Part shown: piece after piece, positions 1 through 11,021 of the stretch | Numbering within the stretch: the stretch's first letter is position 1 | Layout of the letters: each line of letters starts with the position of its first letter | NCBI GenBank assembly: GCA_964291215.2 | Contig: OZ219790.1 | Coordinates: 192,001 to 256,000, forward strand | Origin: Alphaproteobacteria bacterium | GTDB lineage: Bacteria; Pseudomonadota; Alphaproteobacteria; MPNO01; UBA830 | DNA: 64,000 nt | Direction: 5' to 3' | The notes under the pieces: generated by a model | What the model was told of the DNA's origin: nothing | What the model saw: only the letters and a program-made list of their open reading frames with translations | The model's database searches: none | Translations under genes and position numbers: made by a program

Positions 1-275
1 AAGGGCGGTGCCTATAGCTTGAAATTTCGCTCGCGTATCGGGGTGCAGGCATTGTCCTCGATTCCCTGATACGCGCGGAAGGTGGTGTGGATTGAGGCTG
101 GCGATGGGGATTTTCGTGCCCAGCGATGGCGTCGTCGGAGCGTCGAGAGGTCGGATGATGTGCGTTCGCCTGTCAGCGCCGGCTGGACGGCGCGTTTGGC
201 GGTTCGGCGGACGAGCGGTCTGCCCCGGGCCTGCCGGTTTCGAGCGGGGACGGAGCGGGGTGCGCCGGGGCCTGC

Positions 276-1557
276 CTATTCGAGCTGGACGGCGGCGTGG
301 CAGAGCCAGTCGAGCCGGAAGTTGTTGCGCGCGAAGTCGAGCCGCCGGCCGCTGCGCATCAGCCTTCCCACGACCCTCACCGGATAGCGGATCAGGGGCC
401 GCAGGCCATGGCGCCGGGCGCGGGCCGGCAACAACTGGTATTGGACCGTGCGCAGCAGCATCTGCGCGATCTGGCCGCAGATGTGGAAGGCCTGATTGGC
501 GCGGAACCTCCGGCACGGCGGGTGATGCAGGTCGAGGTCGATCAGCGGCCCCTTGAAGGCGTTCTCCTGGCCCTGCTTCCCGCGGTGGCGGCGCACCAGC
601 TCGTCGAGCGGAAGGTCGTCGCGCGAGACCGGGATCACGGTGTAGACGGGAAGCAGCAGGGTCTGGCCCCGCTCGCGGCGGATCACCACGCAGCTCTGTT
701 CCTCCCGGCCCGCCGGGCGGTAGCGCACCAGCGTCGCGTCCTCGCCGAACCCGATGTCGGTCCATCCGTCTTCGGGCAGGCCTTCGATCACATCCAGCAC
801 CGGCGCCCGCTTGCGCGCGTGGGTCAAGCTGATCGAGTAGTCCCGGCCCCGCTCGCGGCACCAGGCGATGAGTTCGCCCCGGTAGCAGGCGTTGTCCGCG
901 CGCAGCCACACCGGCGTGTCCTCGGGCAGGCACGGTACCACGTCGCTGTCGAGCTGCCCGCGCCAGCCCCCGGCCACGTCGCCGCCGCCCGGATGCAGCC
1001 GCCCGCTCACCCACAGCGAGCCGATGAACACCCCGTGCAGCCAGTACTGGCGCGTGCCGTCGTAGCCACGCCGCGCTTCCTCGAACAGCTTCCCGTCGAC
1101 CTCGATCGCGGCGCCGTCGACGAACACCGGGACGTAGCCGCGTACCGCCGCTTCGTGTTCCACCACGGCGGCGCCACCCGTGCCGCCAGCCCGCGCGCCA
1201 CCGCCAGCAGCGTCTCGACCTGCGCCTCGTCGATGCGCGCGCCAGATACTCGCCAGGACGCCGGCCCGAGGGCACCCGGCCAAGACCCGGCAGCCGTTGC
1301 CCGACCCGGTTCTCGCGCAGCGCGTCCGGATCCGGCAACGCCCCGTTGCCAGCCGCCAGCGAGGCGATCAGGCTCCACAGCGTCTCCGCATCGCTCGCGC
1401 CCCGCGCCCGCTGCTTGACGGAAACCGCCGACAGCGCCCGCGGCAGGTCCGGACGCGCCGCCATCCGGCCCGGCGCCGACCAGCCCCCGAAGCCGGTCAG
1501 CCGCGCGTCGGTGAAGTCCATCCCGACTCGGGGCGGCCGGGGAATTACCGTGTCCAT
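276..1557 (-). pseudogene. IS1380-family transposase, frameshifted
   Basis: N-terminus MDTVIPRPPRVGMDFTDARLTGFGG begins at 1557; the C-terminal ORF 276..1283 carries DDE-group-1 motifs (IEVDG, LRADNA, RHRGKQGQENAFK); the halves are in different frames. Element ends not confidently resolved. Confidence 0.75.
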
Positions 1558-1953
1558 CGCGCACCTGCGAGGTGATCTCATCTACAAAGGCAATATTGCC
1601 GATTTCGCCCGCAGCGTGCGCTCTTTTTTGGAGCCGGTGCCAGCCTTGTCGCGCGGGTTGTAAACACGGTCGGCGAGCGCCTTGACATCCGCCGCCTTCG
1701 AGCCATTTCCTCCTCAGTCCCGGCGCCCCTTGCCGGACCCGGAATATGGCCTTTGAAGCCGCTGGCGACAAGATTCGATCCCTGCCAGGCCGAAGCTGAT
1801 CGCGACGCTGCGCGCAGCGAAGGCGACGATCATGCGGCCCGGACCCATGACCCGACATGCGCAGCAGCTCCATCGCTTCCTCGCGGGATATCTCCCCTCC
1901 CGCGAAGGCTTCGACGATCTGCGCTGTCCCTGTCATGTGCAGTTCTCCATGTG

Positions 1954-1996
1954 TGGAGGGCCCGCCGGGACTCGAACCCGGAACCTGCGGGTTTTC
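1954..1996 (-). tRNA. tRNA 3'-half fragment (not a full gene; att-like remnant)
   Basis: Minus strand reads GAAAACCCGCAGGTT-CCGGG-TTCGAGT-CCCGG-CGGGCCC-T-CCA: perfect T-stem/T-loop, acceptor 3' strand and CCA; no D arm or matching 5' half upstream. Confidence 0.7.
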
Positions 1997-2126
1997 TTCC
2001 GGGCGCCCTGCTCGATGGCCCGAATGAGCGGCGTGCGCCGTTCGGCATCCGTCTCGTTCACATCGTTTCCGCGGCAATCCAGGCGCAGATAACGTCGGGC
2101 GTGGCGGTCGCGAAATCGGGTTGCAT
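1997..2126 (-). pseudogene. truncated ankyrin-repeat gene start
   Basis: MQPDFATATPDVICAWIAA then a frameshift into NDVNETDAERRTPLIRAIEQGA (ankyrin-like), cut off at the tRNA fragment. Confidence 0.5.
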
Positions 2127-3388
2127 GCCCTGGACACCTTCTGTGCCGCCGGTTCGGGCAGACCGCGACCGGCGGTTTCGGCCAGCAGCGCCGCGGCCTC
2201 CTTGTGGCCGTCCGCCCGGGCCAGGTCGCCCGGCGTGTTCCCGAACCCGTTCCGGGCTTCGGGGTCGGCGCCGGCGTCGAGCAGGACGCGGACATGGCCT
2301 GCCGTGCCCTCCGCGGCCGCGATGTGAAGCGCGGTTGTCTGCTGGCCGTCGGCGGCATTGGGGTCCGTCCCGGCGGCGATGAGCGCCACCGCGACGTCGG
2401 GGTTGCCGTTGCCGGCGGCGCAATGCAGAGGGGTCGTGCCGTACCGGTCGGCCCCGTTGCATGGGGCGCCGGCCTCCAGGAGAAACGCCACGATATCTGT
2501 CCGGTCGTGGGCGGCCGCTTCATGCAGCGGCGTCCGGCCGGTCCTGTCGCCGGCCGCCGGGGCGGCCCCGGCCTCAAGGAGACTTCTCACGCATTCGAGG
2601 TCCGCTCTCCAGCCGGATGCCATATGCAGGGCCCCGCGGCCCGTCCCGGCGACGGCGGCCGCGTCGGCCCCGGCATCGAGCAGGAGCCGGATGGCGGCAG
2701 GACTGGAGGCGGTGCTGGCGAAGAGCAGCGGCGTCATGCGGCCGAGGTTGCGCGCGTGGATATCGGCCCCGGCCTCCAGCAGCACCTCCATCGCAGGGAC
2801 ATTCCCGCCGGCGGCCGCCAGATGCAGGGGCGTGGCCCCCGTGATGTTCCGGGCCCGCACAGAGCCGCCACGGGCCAGCCAGTCGCGCAAGGCGTCACGC
2901 GAGGCCGTGCCGAACGCCAGCCAGCCGGGTTCGCCGTCGCCGCGGGCCTTCTGGGCATGAGCGCAGGCAAGGGTTGCAACGCGGTCCGCCAGACTGGATA
3001 CCTCTTCGAAGGCCCGCTCGGGCGTATCGTCCCACTCAATAAGGGCGTTCAGCCAGCCTTCCGGGCCGCCGGCATGGTCCAGGCCGACCTCGGTGCAATA
3101 GATCTCGCAGAGCCTGTCGGCGAACACCCCGCTGTCCCATGGGTCGATGCCGAGCGTCTTCGTGCATTGCCTCCGGAGGGCCCCCGCCAGGGTCCAGGAT
3201 ACGGGCTCGCCCGCTTCCGGGCCGGGCGGGTCGTCGATCGAGAAGATATCGAGCGCTTCTCCCCTGGCGTTGCGTGCCCAGGCGCGCCGGGTCCAGCAGT
3301 CCGGTCCCGCGAACATGGCCGCGACGGCTGCCGCGATCTCCGCTTGGACATCCGGTCGGTGGAGCAGTTCCGCGGGGGTCGGGGGCAT
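2123..3388 (-). CDS. ankyrin-repeat protein with DUF6197-like N-terminal domain; stop codon apparently lost
   Basis: About 6-7 repeats of G.TPLH.AA..G...v..LL.AGAD; N-terminal WTRRAWAR..SWTLAGAL..LIEWDDTPERAFEEV. ATGC at 2126-2123 sits where an ATGA stop/start overlap would be (inference). Confidence 0.8.
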
Positions 3389-4041
3389 GGAAGATGTCCT
3401 CGTGCTCAAGCAATCGGGTCCGCTTCCCCGAGCATAGTTGGCATTCATGAAAACTCGATGCGCTGCCAGTCTGCGTCCGCCTCGGCAACGCGCGCCTCGA
3501 CGTCCTCCGGCGTCTCGAGCAGATATCGTCGTTCGCCGTCCCGGTCGGCCCCGCGAACATCGGCGCCATCGAAGTTGGAGCCTGAGTAGAAGCCTCCCCT
3601 TACGATGGCCCGACGCAGGTCCGCCTTGCTGAAACCGGCCTCGATCAGGTCCGCATGACTCAGGTCCGCGTCCTGCATGTCGGCCCCGGCGAAGGAGCAC
3701 CCGTAGGCGCGCTCCTCGTCCTTCGGGTTCTCGGCGTTGCTGGCTTCGGCCAGGTGCACGCCGGACATGCGGGCTCCCGAAAAATCCGCGTTCCAGAGGA
3801 GTGTCGAGTCCATGACGGCCTTTTCGAGATTGGCCTGCATGAACATGGCTTCGCGGAGGTCGCTGCCGGATAGCGCGGCGCCGCCCAGGTAGGCTTCCCG
3901 GCAGTCCGCGCCGGTCCAGTACGATCGCTCGGCCTTCCAGGAAGACAGCTCGGCGCCAGCCAGGTTCGCCTTTTCCAGCAGAACCCGGGTCGCGACCGTC
4001 GCGGCCATCCGGGCCCCGCGCAGGTCCGCGAAACGCATCAT

Positions 4042-5731
4042 CCTAAATCCGGCAGTTGAGTATGGCGGGGCCTTGCCGAATCCCTTGTAGTCTTCGGGTA
4101 TGAGCGGCTTTTCAGGGTCCGAAGAGGCTCACCCTGTGGGTGACTGTCCTGGCGCTGTGCGGGATGTCGCCCGAGCGTCGGTGAAGGTGGACACCTTCGG
4201 CGGCGCGGTTCATGTGGAATGGGACCCTGATGCGGCGGTGACGCCGCTGGGCCATCTGGCGTTTTTCGCGGAGTATCTGAAGGTGAGCGGTCGCTTTGAC
4301 GCTTTGGTTGCGGACTGCCCGCTGCGGTACACGAGCCCGAACGCGCCGTCGAAGCGGGATGTCTTGGGGACGGTTCTTCTGTCGGTTCTGGCGGGGCAAT
4401 CGCGGTATGCGCACATCACGTCGCTGCGCGGCGACGGAGTGAACCCTGCGCTGCTGGGTATGGACAAGGTTGCGAGCGAGGATTCGGTGCGGCGCGGTCT
4501 GGAGCGGATCGGTGCGGAGGCCGGCACATCGTGGCTTCAGGGCCATCTGGACGAGGTGGTCCGTCCGCTGCTGAGGGAGCCGTGGGTTCTGGACTGCGAC
4601 ACGACGATCAAGCCGCTTTACGGTCGTCAGGAGGGAGCGGTTGTGAGCTACAACCCGAAGAAGCCGGGCCGCCCCTCGCATGCCTGCCATGCGTTCCTGA
4701 TGGCGGGCACGCGGCTTATTCTGGATGTCGAGGTGGCGCCGGGCAACCATCACCATTCGAGGCGCGCGGCGCCGTCCTTGTGGGCGTTGCTCGACCGTCT
4801 TGGGCGGGATCGCTGGCCGCGTCTGGTGCGGGGCGACAAGGACTGGGGCAGCGAGGCCAACATGGCGTCGTGCGAGGCTGCGGGTCTGGACTATCTGTTC
4901 AAGCTGCGCCTGACGAAGGGGGCGCGCCGGCTTGCCGAGCGTCTGATGGCGCGGGACGGCTGGGAGGATGCGGGCCAGGGCTGGTCGGGGATCAGGGCCG
5001 ATCTGCGTCTGCAGGGCTGGAGCCGGACGCGCCGGGTTGTGGTGCTGCGCCGGCGGCTTCCTGCGACGCTGGCGCTGACGCGTGGCGACAAGGCCCAGGG
5101 CGAGCTGTTCTGGACCGAGGCGCAGCCCGGCACCGGGGTGTGGGAGTTCGCGGTGCTGGCGACCTCGCTGGACCTGGAGATACGCTCGCTGGCCCAGCTC
5201 TACCGCGACCGGGCGGACGCGGAGAACGGCTTCGACGAGTTGAAGAACCAGTGGGGCGGCTTCACCACGCGCGACCTGACGCGCTGCCGGCACATGGCCC
5301 GGCTGGTCGCGCTCATCTACAACTGGTGGAGCCTGTTCGTGCGCCTCGCCGACCCCGACCATCACCGCGAGGCGATCACCAGCCGGCCGCTGCTCCTGCA
5401 CGGGGTTGCCCGCCAGACCCACCACGCCGGCCAGACCCGGCTGACGGTGACCTCCCATCACGGGCGTCGCAAGACGGTGATGGCGGCGCTGCGCCGGATC
5501 GCCGGCTTCTTCCGGTCGCTGACGCAAACTGCGGAGCAGTTGAGCGCCGGGGATCGCTGGCGCCGCATCCTCGCCGAGGCGCTCAGGAAATACCTCCATG
5601 GCCGCGAACCGGGGCGTCAACCCTGGCTGCCGCCACCCAGGACCGCGCCGACAGGCTGAAATCCACGCCCAAATCCGACCGTTCACACTACCCCGAGACA
5701 GCGATCAAGCTCGTCAACTGCCGGATTTAGG
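4042..5731 (+). mobile_element. IS1380-family insertion sequence
   Basis: Perfect 18-bp terminal IR CCTAAATCCGGCAGTTGA (4042-4059 / 5714-5731); 5-bp TSD ATCAT (4037-4041, 5732-5736). Confidence 0.93.
4100..5659 (+). CDS. IS1380-family transposase
   Basis: 519 aa; WVLDCDTT, LVRGD, YRDRADAENGFDELKNQW motifs. Confidence 0.88.
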   Translation: MSGFSGSEEAHPVGDCPGAVRDVARASVKVDTFGGAVHVEWDPDAAVTPLGHLAFFAEYLKVSGRFDALVADCPLRYTSPNAPSKRDVLGTVLLSVLAGQSRYAHITSLRGDGVNPALLGMDKVASEDSVRRGLERIGAEAGTSWLQGHLDEVVRPLLREPWVLDCDTTIKPLYGRQEGAVVSYNPKKPGRPSHACHAFLMAGTRLILDVEVAPGNHHHSRRAAPSLWALLDRLGRDRWPRLVRGDKDWGSEANMASCEAAGLDYLFKLRLTKGARRLAERLMARDGWEDAGQGWSGIRADLRLQGWSRTRRVVVLRRRLPATLALTRGDKAQGELFWTEAQPGTGVWEFAVLATSLDLEIRSLAQLYRDRADAENGFDELKNQWGGFTTRDLTRCRHMARLVALIYNWWSLFVRLADPDHHREAITSRPLLLHGVARQTHHAGQTRLTVTSHHGRRKTVMAALRRIAGFFRSLTQTAEQLSAGDRWRRILAEALRKYLHGREPGRQPWLPPPRTAPTG

Positions 5732-6566
5732 ATCATCGAGCCCACCAGACGCGCCCTTGGGGCGTCTATCTCGCGCATGCGGATCAGGTGCATCGAAGCT
5801 CCGGAGAAATCCGCATCGGGCGCCGTCGCTCCATTCAGCATCGTCTCCTGCATGTCGGCATCCCGGAAGGCCGCCGCCGCAAGTCCGGAACTTGTGAAAT
5901 TCGTGCGCTTGAGGTTGCAGCCGCTGAAGTCCGCCCCGTCCAGGGTGAGTTCCGAGAGGTCGACATCGTGAAGGTCCCAGAAACGAAAATCGCGTTCGCC
6001 GGCGGCGTAACGCCTGATGACGGCTTCCCGGTTGGGCGTGGCTGGTATTGACGCCGGCATGAGGTTCTCCTGCTGTATCGGCAAGCTAGACGAAAGCCTA
6101 TGCGGCCCCCATGAAATCGCAAAGACCGCAGGCCGGCTGCCGCGGATTGTTCACGGATCGCGAAGGGCCTGTCGGACCCATGCGGACCGCCTGGGTTCCG
6201 GCGCCGCACCTGGGCCGACATCGGGCTTGCCAGCGGACGGCAAGCCCGCCAGCGTCGGACGGCGGGCTCTACCGCACGAAAATGCCGGGCGATGCTGCTG
6301 ACCGCCCTCGGCGAGGCCCGGGTGTTCGACCCGCCGCCGCCGGCGTTCATCGAAGAGAAGATTACCGTCGTTGCCGAAGCCCGGCCCGCATTCGCCGAGG
6401 CCCTGGGGCGGCTGCAGGAGACGCTCGCGCCGCCCGGCGACACGCCGCCGCCCTGAACGGGCCCGGGCACGGACGGCGCGGGCCGGTTCCCGTGATGAGT
6501 CGTCATCGGGAGACCCGGAGCAGGGCGCGGCGCCGAAGCCGCGGGCTCGGCTTCCTCCTTGAGGCG

Positions 6567-7749
6567 CTAGTCACCTGGCACTGAAGTAGAGTTCATTGTA
6601 AGATGGTCTTCCGGGTCAGACAAAGGAGGTCATCTTGATGGGGCGCGGTAAGGGACGGCCGCTGGCGGCCTTGGTCTTGAGCGATGAGGAACGGTCGTTT
6701 CTGGAAGCGCAGGTTCGGCGTCACCGTGTGGCGCGCTCGCTGTCGGATCGCTGCCGCATGATCCTGCGTTGCGCTGACGGGCTGGGCAACAAGGCGGTAG
6801 CCGCAGAACTCGGCATGCATGAGCACACCGTCGGCAAGTGGCGCAGGCGTTTCGTCAAGAACCGCATCGAGGGGCTTTCGGACGAGCCCCGTCCGGGGCG
6901 CCCGCGGAGCATCGCGGACGAGAAAGTGGCGGAAGTGATCGAGCGCACGCTCACCTCGACGCCTGCGGACGCGACCCACTGGTCGCTGCGCTCGATGGCG
7001 AAGGAGGCGGGGCTGTCACACACGTCGATCTGGCGCCTCTGGGGCGCCTTCGGCCTGCAGCCGCACCGGGCTGAGACGTTCAAGCTGTCGGCCGATCCGC
7101 ACTTCGTGGACAAGGTCCGCGACATTGTCGGCCTCTACCTCTCGCCGCCGGACCGCGCGCTGGTGCTCTGCGTCGACGAAAAGAGCCGGATCCAGGCCCT
7201 CGACCGCACCCAGCCGGTCCTGCCGATGCTGCCCGGCATCCCTGAGCGGCGCACCCACGATTACAAGCGCAACGGCACGACCTCGCTGTTCGCGGCGCTG
7301 GACATCGCCACCGGTGCGGTGATCGCCAAGTGCTATCGCCGCCACCGGGCCAGGGAGTTCCTCGACTTCCTCAAGGTGATCGACCGCAATGTCCCGGACG
7401 GGCTCGACATCCACATCGTCATGGACAACTACGCCACCCACAAGACCGCCGCGGTCAAAGCCTGGCTGGCCCGGCGGCCGCACTGGCACGTCCACTTCAC
7501 GCCGACATCCGCCTCGTGGCTCAACCAGGTCGAGCGCTGGTTCGCCGAACTGACCCGCAAGCAGTTGCAACGCGGCCGCTCGACCCTGCAACTCGAAACC
7601 GACATCCGGGCCTTCATCGAAACCCACAACGAAAATCCCAAGCCCTTCAAATGGACAAGGTCCGCTGACGAAATCCTCGCCGCCGTCAAACGCTTCTGTC
7701 TCCGCGTCGAACAAAACTTATGCCACGAACTTTAGATTCAGATGATTAG
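6567..7749 (+). mobile_element. IS630-family element (transposase 6638..7735)
   Basis: HTH plus LCVDEKS / IVMDNYATH / SWLNQVERWF; imperfect IR CTAGTCACCTG..CTGAAGT vs CTAATCATCTG..CTAAAGT. Confidence 0.9.
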
Positions 7750-8585
7750 GTCGTGTACCCATAAGGGGTTTTTTCTTCAGCGAAGCTGTGATTCAAGCTC
7801 CCAACTTCAGGGAGCGAGGACATGGGGCGGTACGATCTGACGGACTTCGAATGGCGGGTGATCAAGCCGTTGCTGCCGAACAAGACCCGTGGGGTGCCGC
7901 GGGTTGACGACCGGCGGGTGTTGAACGGCATTCTGTGGGTGCTTCGCGCGGGGGCGCCGTGGCGAGACCTGCCGGAGCACTACGGGCCTTATACGACCTG
8001 CTACAACCGGTTCAACCGCTGGCGCAAGAAGGGCATCTGGGATCAGTTGATGGATGCGGTGGTGGAGGCTCACGACGGCAATGTGCAGATGATCGACAGT
8101 TCGAGCGTCCGGGTTCACCAGCATGCGGCGGGATCAAAAAAGGGGGTCCGGATCGTTGCATGGGCCGTTCCCGTGGCGGACTGACCACGAAGATCCACGC
8201 CGTGTCGGACGTGAGCGGCCTGCCGGTCCGCTATGACCTCAGCCCCGGCCAGGCGCACGACACCACGGCCGCCGGTGCCATGCTGGCGACCCTGCCGCCC
8301 GACAGTTTCCTCGTCGCCGACAAGGCCTATGACGCCAAATGGATCCGTGACCTGATCGAGCAACACGATGCCGTCCCGATCATCCCCGACCGCGAAGGCG
8401 CGAAGACCAGGCACGCTTTCTCCAAACCCTTGTATAAATTGCGAAACCGGATCGAACGCGCCTTCAACAAACTCAAGCAGTTCCGCCGCATCGCCACCCG
8501 ATACGAAAAGCTCGCGGCCAACTTCCTCGCCATGATCAAGATCGCTACTGTCAGGCTCTGGCTACGCGCTTATGAGTCCACGGCC
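7749..8585 (+). mobile_element. IS5-family (IS427-like) element; transposase 7822..8588 via -1 frameshift
   Basis: Ends GGTCGTGTACCCATAAG and (revcomp) GGCCGTGGACTCATAAG; TA on both sides; orfA MGRYDLTDFEW and orfB RSRGGLTTKIH joined at slippery AAAAAAGGGGG near 8136. Confidence 0.9.
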
Positions 8586-9706
8586 TAGTGTCTTGTCATT
8601 CGTAAAATGTCGGATAAAGGCGTTCGAGTTTCACGCGGGCATCGTCGGTGGTGAATTGCCAATCCACCTTGGCCTGAATGCGGTCGCCTGCCAAGCGGCA
8701 ACTTCCCGGCGTAACACCTCGATGCAGTCGATGCGGCGGTTCAGGCGGATCATGACGTTGAGTTCCACCACGTTCAGCCAACTGCCGTGCTTGGGGGTGT
8801 AGACGAACTCGAAGCGGTCCCACAGGGCCTCGTCCGGCGGGTAGGCCTCGTAGAGGGCGCCGGGGAGTGTTGAGATTGTCCATCACCAGGGTGATGGTGG
8901 TGGCATCTTGGTAGCGCCCGGCGATGTCGGCCAGGAACTGCGCCCAATCGATCTTGCGCTCGGTTACCTTGGTCATGCGCTTGCCGGCCAGGGGTTCCAT
9001 GAAGACGTTGCAGGTACCGCAACGTCGATACTCGTAGTCGTTACGCCCGTCCCGGCGCCATGGCGATCGGTTGCCGTGTCTCGCCGGTCGGGGCGTTTCG
9101 TCCATGCAGACCACGGGGAAGGCGGCGGGGCGGCGATAGACATCGAGCACCTTCTCCATCGCCGCGGCGAAGTCGGCGTTCCCTTGAGGAGGAATCACCC
9201 ACCCGCTGCCATGGCTTGAGGCAGTTTTTTTTAGAACACGCCGCACCGTCTCGTGTGACACGGTGTAACCAAGCTCGACAACGCGGTCGGCCAGCAGCCG
9301 CAACGACCATTGCGCGTAACCCTCAGGCGGTTCACCACAACTCAGGGCCACGCGCCTCGAAGACGCCGTCGGCTTTTCGCATATTAGGTAGGACGGCGTC
9401 CTTGCCGGCCACCCAATGCCGCCTCCAGCCCCTCGAAACGCTTCTTTACTCGGTCTACTTTGCGCATGCTGATGCGCAGAATCTCAGCAATGACCTTCCC
9501 GGTCATCTGGCATTCATTGAACGCGCTCTCGTCGCAGTTAAGCAGGGCGTTGATTACCTTTTGCGACAGGTGCGAGCCCTTGATCTCCGAAAGTTCTGCC
9601 CGTTCGTCCAGGGTCACCACGTAGCGTTTCATACTCCGACCTCCATCCCGAATGGACGGACAGTCTAGCACCAAATGTACGACATATCATTGCTGACATA
9701 ACACTA
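8586..9706 (-). mobile_element. IS630-family element, degenerate
   Basis: IR TAGTGTCTTGTCA / TAGTGTTATGTCA; fragments VVCMDET, LVMDNLNT; near-identical copy at 55212-56341. Confidence 0.85.
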
Positions 9707-10015
9707 GTAGTCGTTGATGTCCTGCCGCGCTCTACGGCCACGATACACTGCAAGCCGAATCAGGGCGATAGACACAACAGAAAGTGCGGCGAACCAGAGG
9801 CCTACGTCGCGCCAAGTCTCGAAAAGCGCCAGCTCTTCCGGCCAGACTCGATTCTGCCCGTACAACAGTCCCGCCAACGCAAGGGCAGCTACGCCGATTG
9901 ACAAAACAAAAAAGTCAAATCCGAACAGAAGATCGACACCTACAAAGACTATTGCCAAAATTAACCATATCTCCGGCAACATAGCCCAGTAGGTCAAAGC
10001 CTCAGCGCTCTGCAT
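9704..10015 (-). CDS. NfeD-like small membrane protein
   Basis: Hydrophobic 103 aa ending DINDY, overlapping the 3' end of the SPFH gene; its TAG coincides with the IS630 end. Confidence 0.65.
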   Translation of the reverse strand: MQSAEALTYWAMLPEIWLILAIVFVGVDLLFGFDFFVLSIGVAALALAGLLYGQNRVWPEELALFETWRDVGLWFAALSVVSIALIRLAVYRGRRARQDINDY

Positions 10016-10752
10016 CGGTAGGCCTCCGAAAATTCTCCGCTATAAGCTGCAATGAGCCAACGACACCTGTAACGTCCGTGGGCACCACTATCGTTTTGGC
10101 ATTGGGCGCTGCAGCAAGCTGGCCTAATGCATCGACTTGACGTTTCAACACTTCGAAATCCACCGCTGGCTGGCCGTTGTCCATAATGGCAGCTGCTATG
10201 ACTCGGGTCTGTTCGGCATCCGCCTCCGCTTTGACGCGCACTGCGTAAGCCTCGGCGTCAGCCGTCACTCGTAGCGCTTCCGCTTCCTTCTCCGCTTCAA
10301 ATAATTTAGCCTCTGCAGCCAATTCGACGGCCCGCTTTTCGCCCTCCGCTCGGGCTATGGTGGCCCTCCGCTCTCGATCTGCGTTAAGCTGCTGCCGTTG
10401 CGCAGATTTGGTTTGCTCATCTACAACAACATCCATAATTGCGGCAGAGGTTATTGCAAGGCCCCATTCGTCTGACTTTTCGTGAAGAATACGGCCGATC
10501 TCCTGATTCATCGAATCACGTGAAGATTGCAACTCATCCAGCTCAAGTTGGCCCGCTGTCGAGCGAACAATCGAAGTCGCTTCGGTGTGCAGAGCTTCAT
10601 CCAGGTTGCGAATGCGATATACGGAGCGTGCTGCATCTGTTATTCGATAAAATACTGTTGCTTCTAGATTTACTTCTACATTATCTTTCGTTATAACGCT
10701 AATCGCAAATTTGGGAAGTTGCCTTTCCAACACAGAAACTCTATGGGATATC
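10002..10752 (-). pseudogene. SPFH/band-7 (QmcA-like) protein, 5'-truncated by IS66
   Basis: VITKDNV..VFYRI, Ala/Glu-rich coiled coil AEGEKRAVELAAEA; no N-terminal TM segment; the frame runs into the IS66 left end. Confidence 0.85.
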
Positions 10753-10876
10753 GTAACTGCTCACCCCCTGGTTCCGGCTTGATGTCGGGGTAGAGCAACG
10801 AACGGGTTTTCGTGGAGATTTGACACTGCAGGCCGATTCGTTTAGTGGTGGTTATCGAGAACGACGGGGACCGGCA

Positions 10877-11021
10877 GTGAGCTACTTTGGATCGAAGGCA
10901 ACGAGCGGGCTGTGCCATCGGAGGCGGCGCGCTGATGAAGCGCAAGGCGGAGTACCGGAAGATGCCGCCGAGCGAGCGCCAAGCGATTCTCGCGACGATC
11001 ATGACCGTCGAGGCCGGGTGA
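10877..11021 (+). pseudogene. DNA adenine methyltransferase remnant inside IS66 copy 1
   Basis: SYFGSKATSGLC..GGGALMKRK then YRKMPPSERQAILATIMTVEAG*; TGATG overlap with the downstream transposase start. Confidence 0.55.

Larger units (their letters stand above)
3445..6060 (-). pseudogene. pentapeptide-repeat protein interrupted by an IS1380 element
   Basis: A(D/N)L/F pentapeptides in both halves (5732..6060 and 3445..4041); removing the IS and one ATCAT copy restores in-frame LVGS-M-MRFADL; AGGAGA RBS before ATG 6060. Confidence 0.9.

Noticed and set aside
1750-1936. Small minus-strand ORF MTGTAQIVEAFAGGEISREEAMELL
   Set aside because: Has an RBS but no recognisable family or defined end; too weak to annotate.
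1954-2030. Complete tRNA gene
   Set aside because: No D arm or pairing 5' acceptor strand at the required distance; upstream sequence is ankyrin-coding.
1007-3700. 897-aa ORF as one giant ankyrin protein
   Set aside because: Chimeric read-through: it overlaps the pentapeptide gene at the 5' end and runs past a probable lost stop through the tRNA fragment into IS1380.
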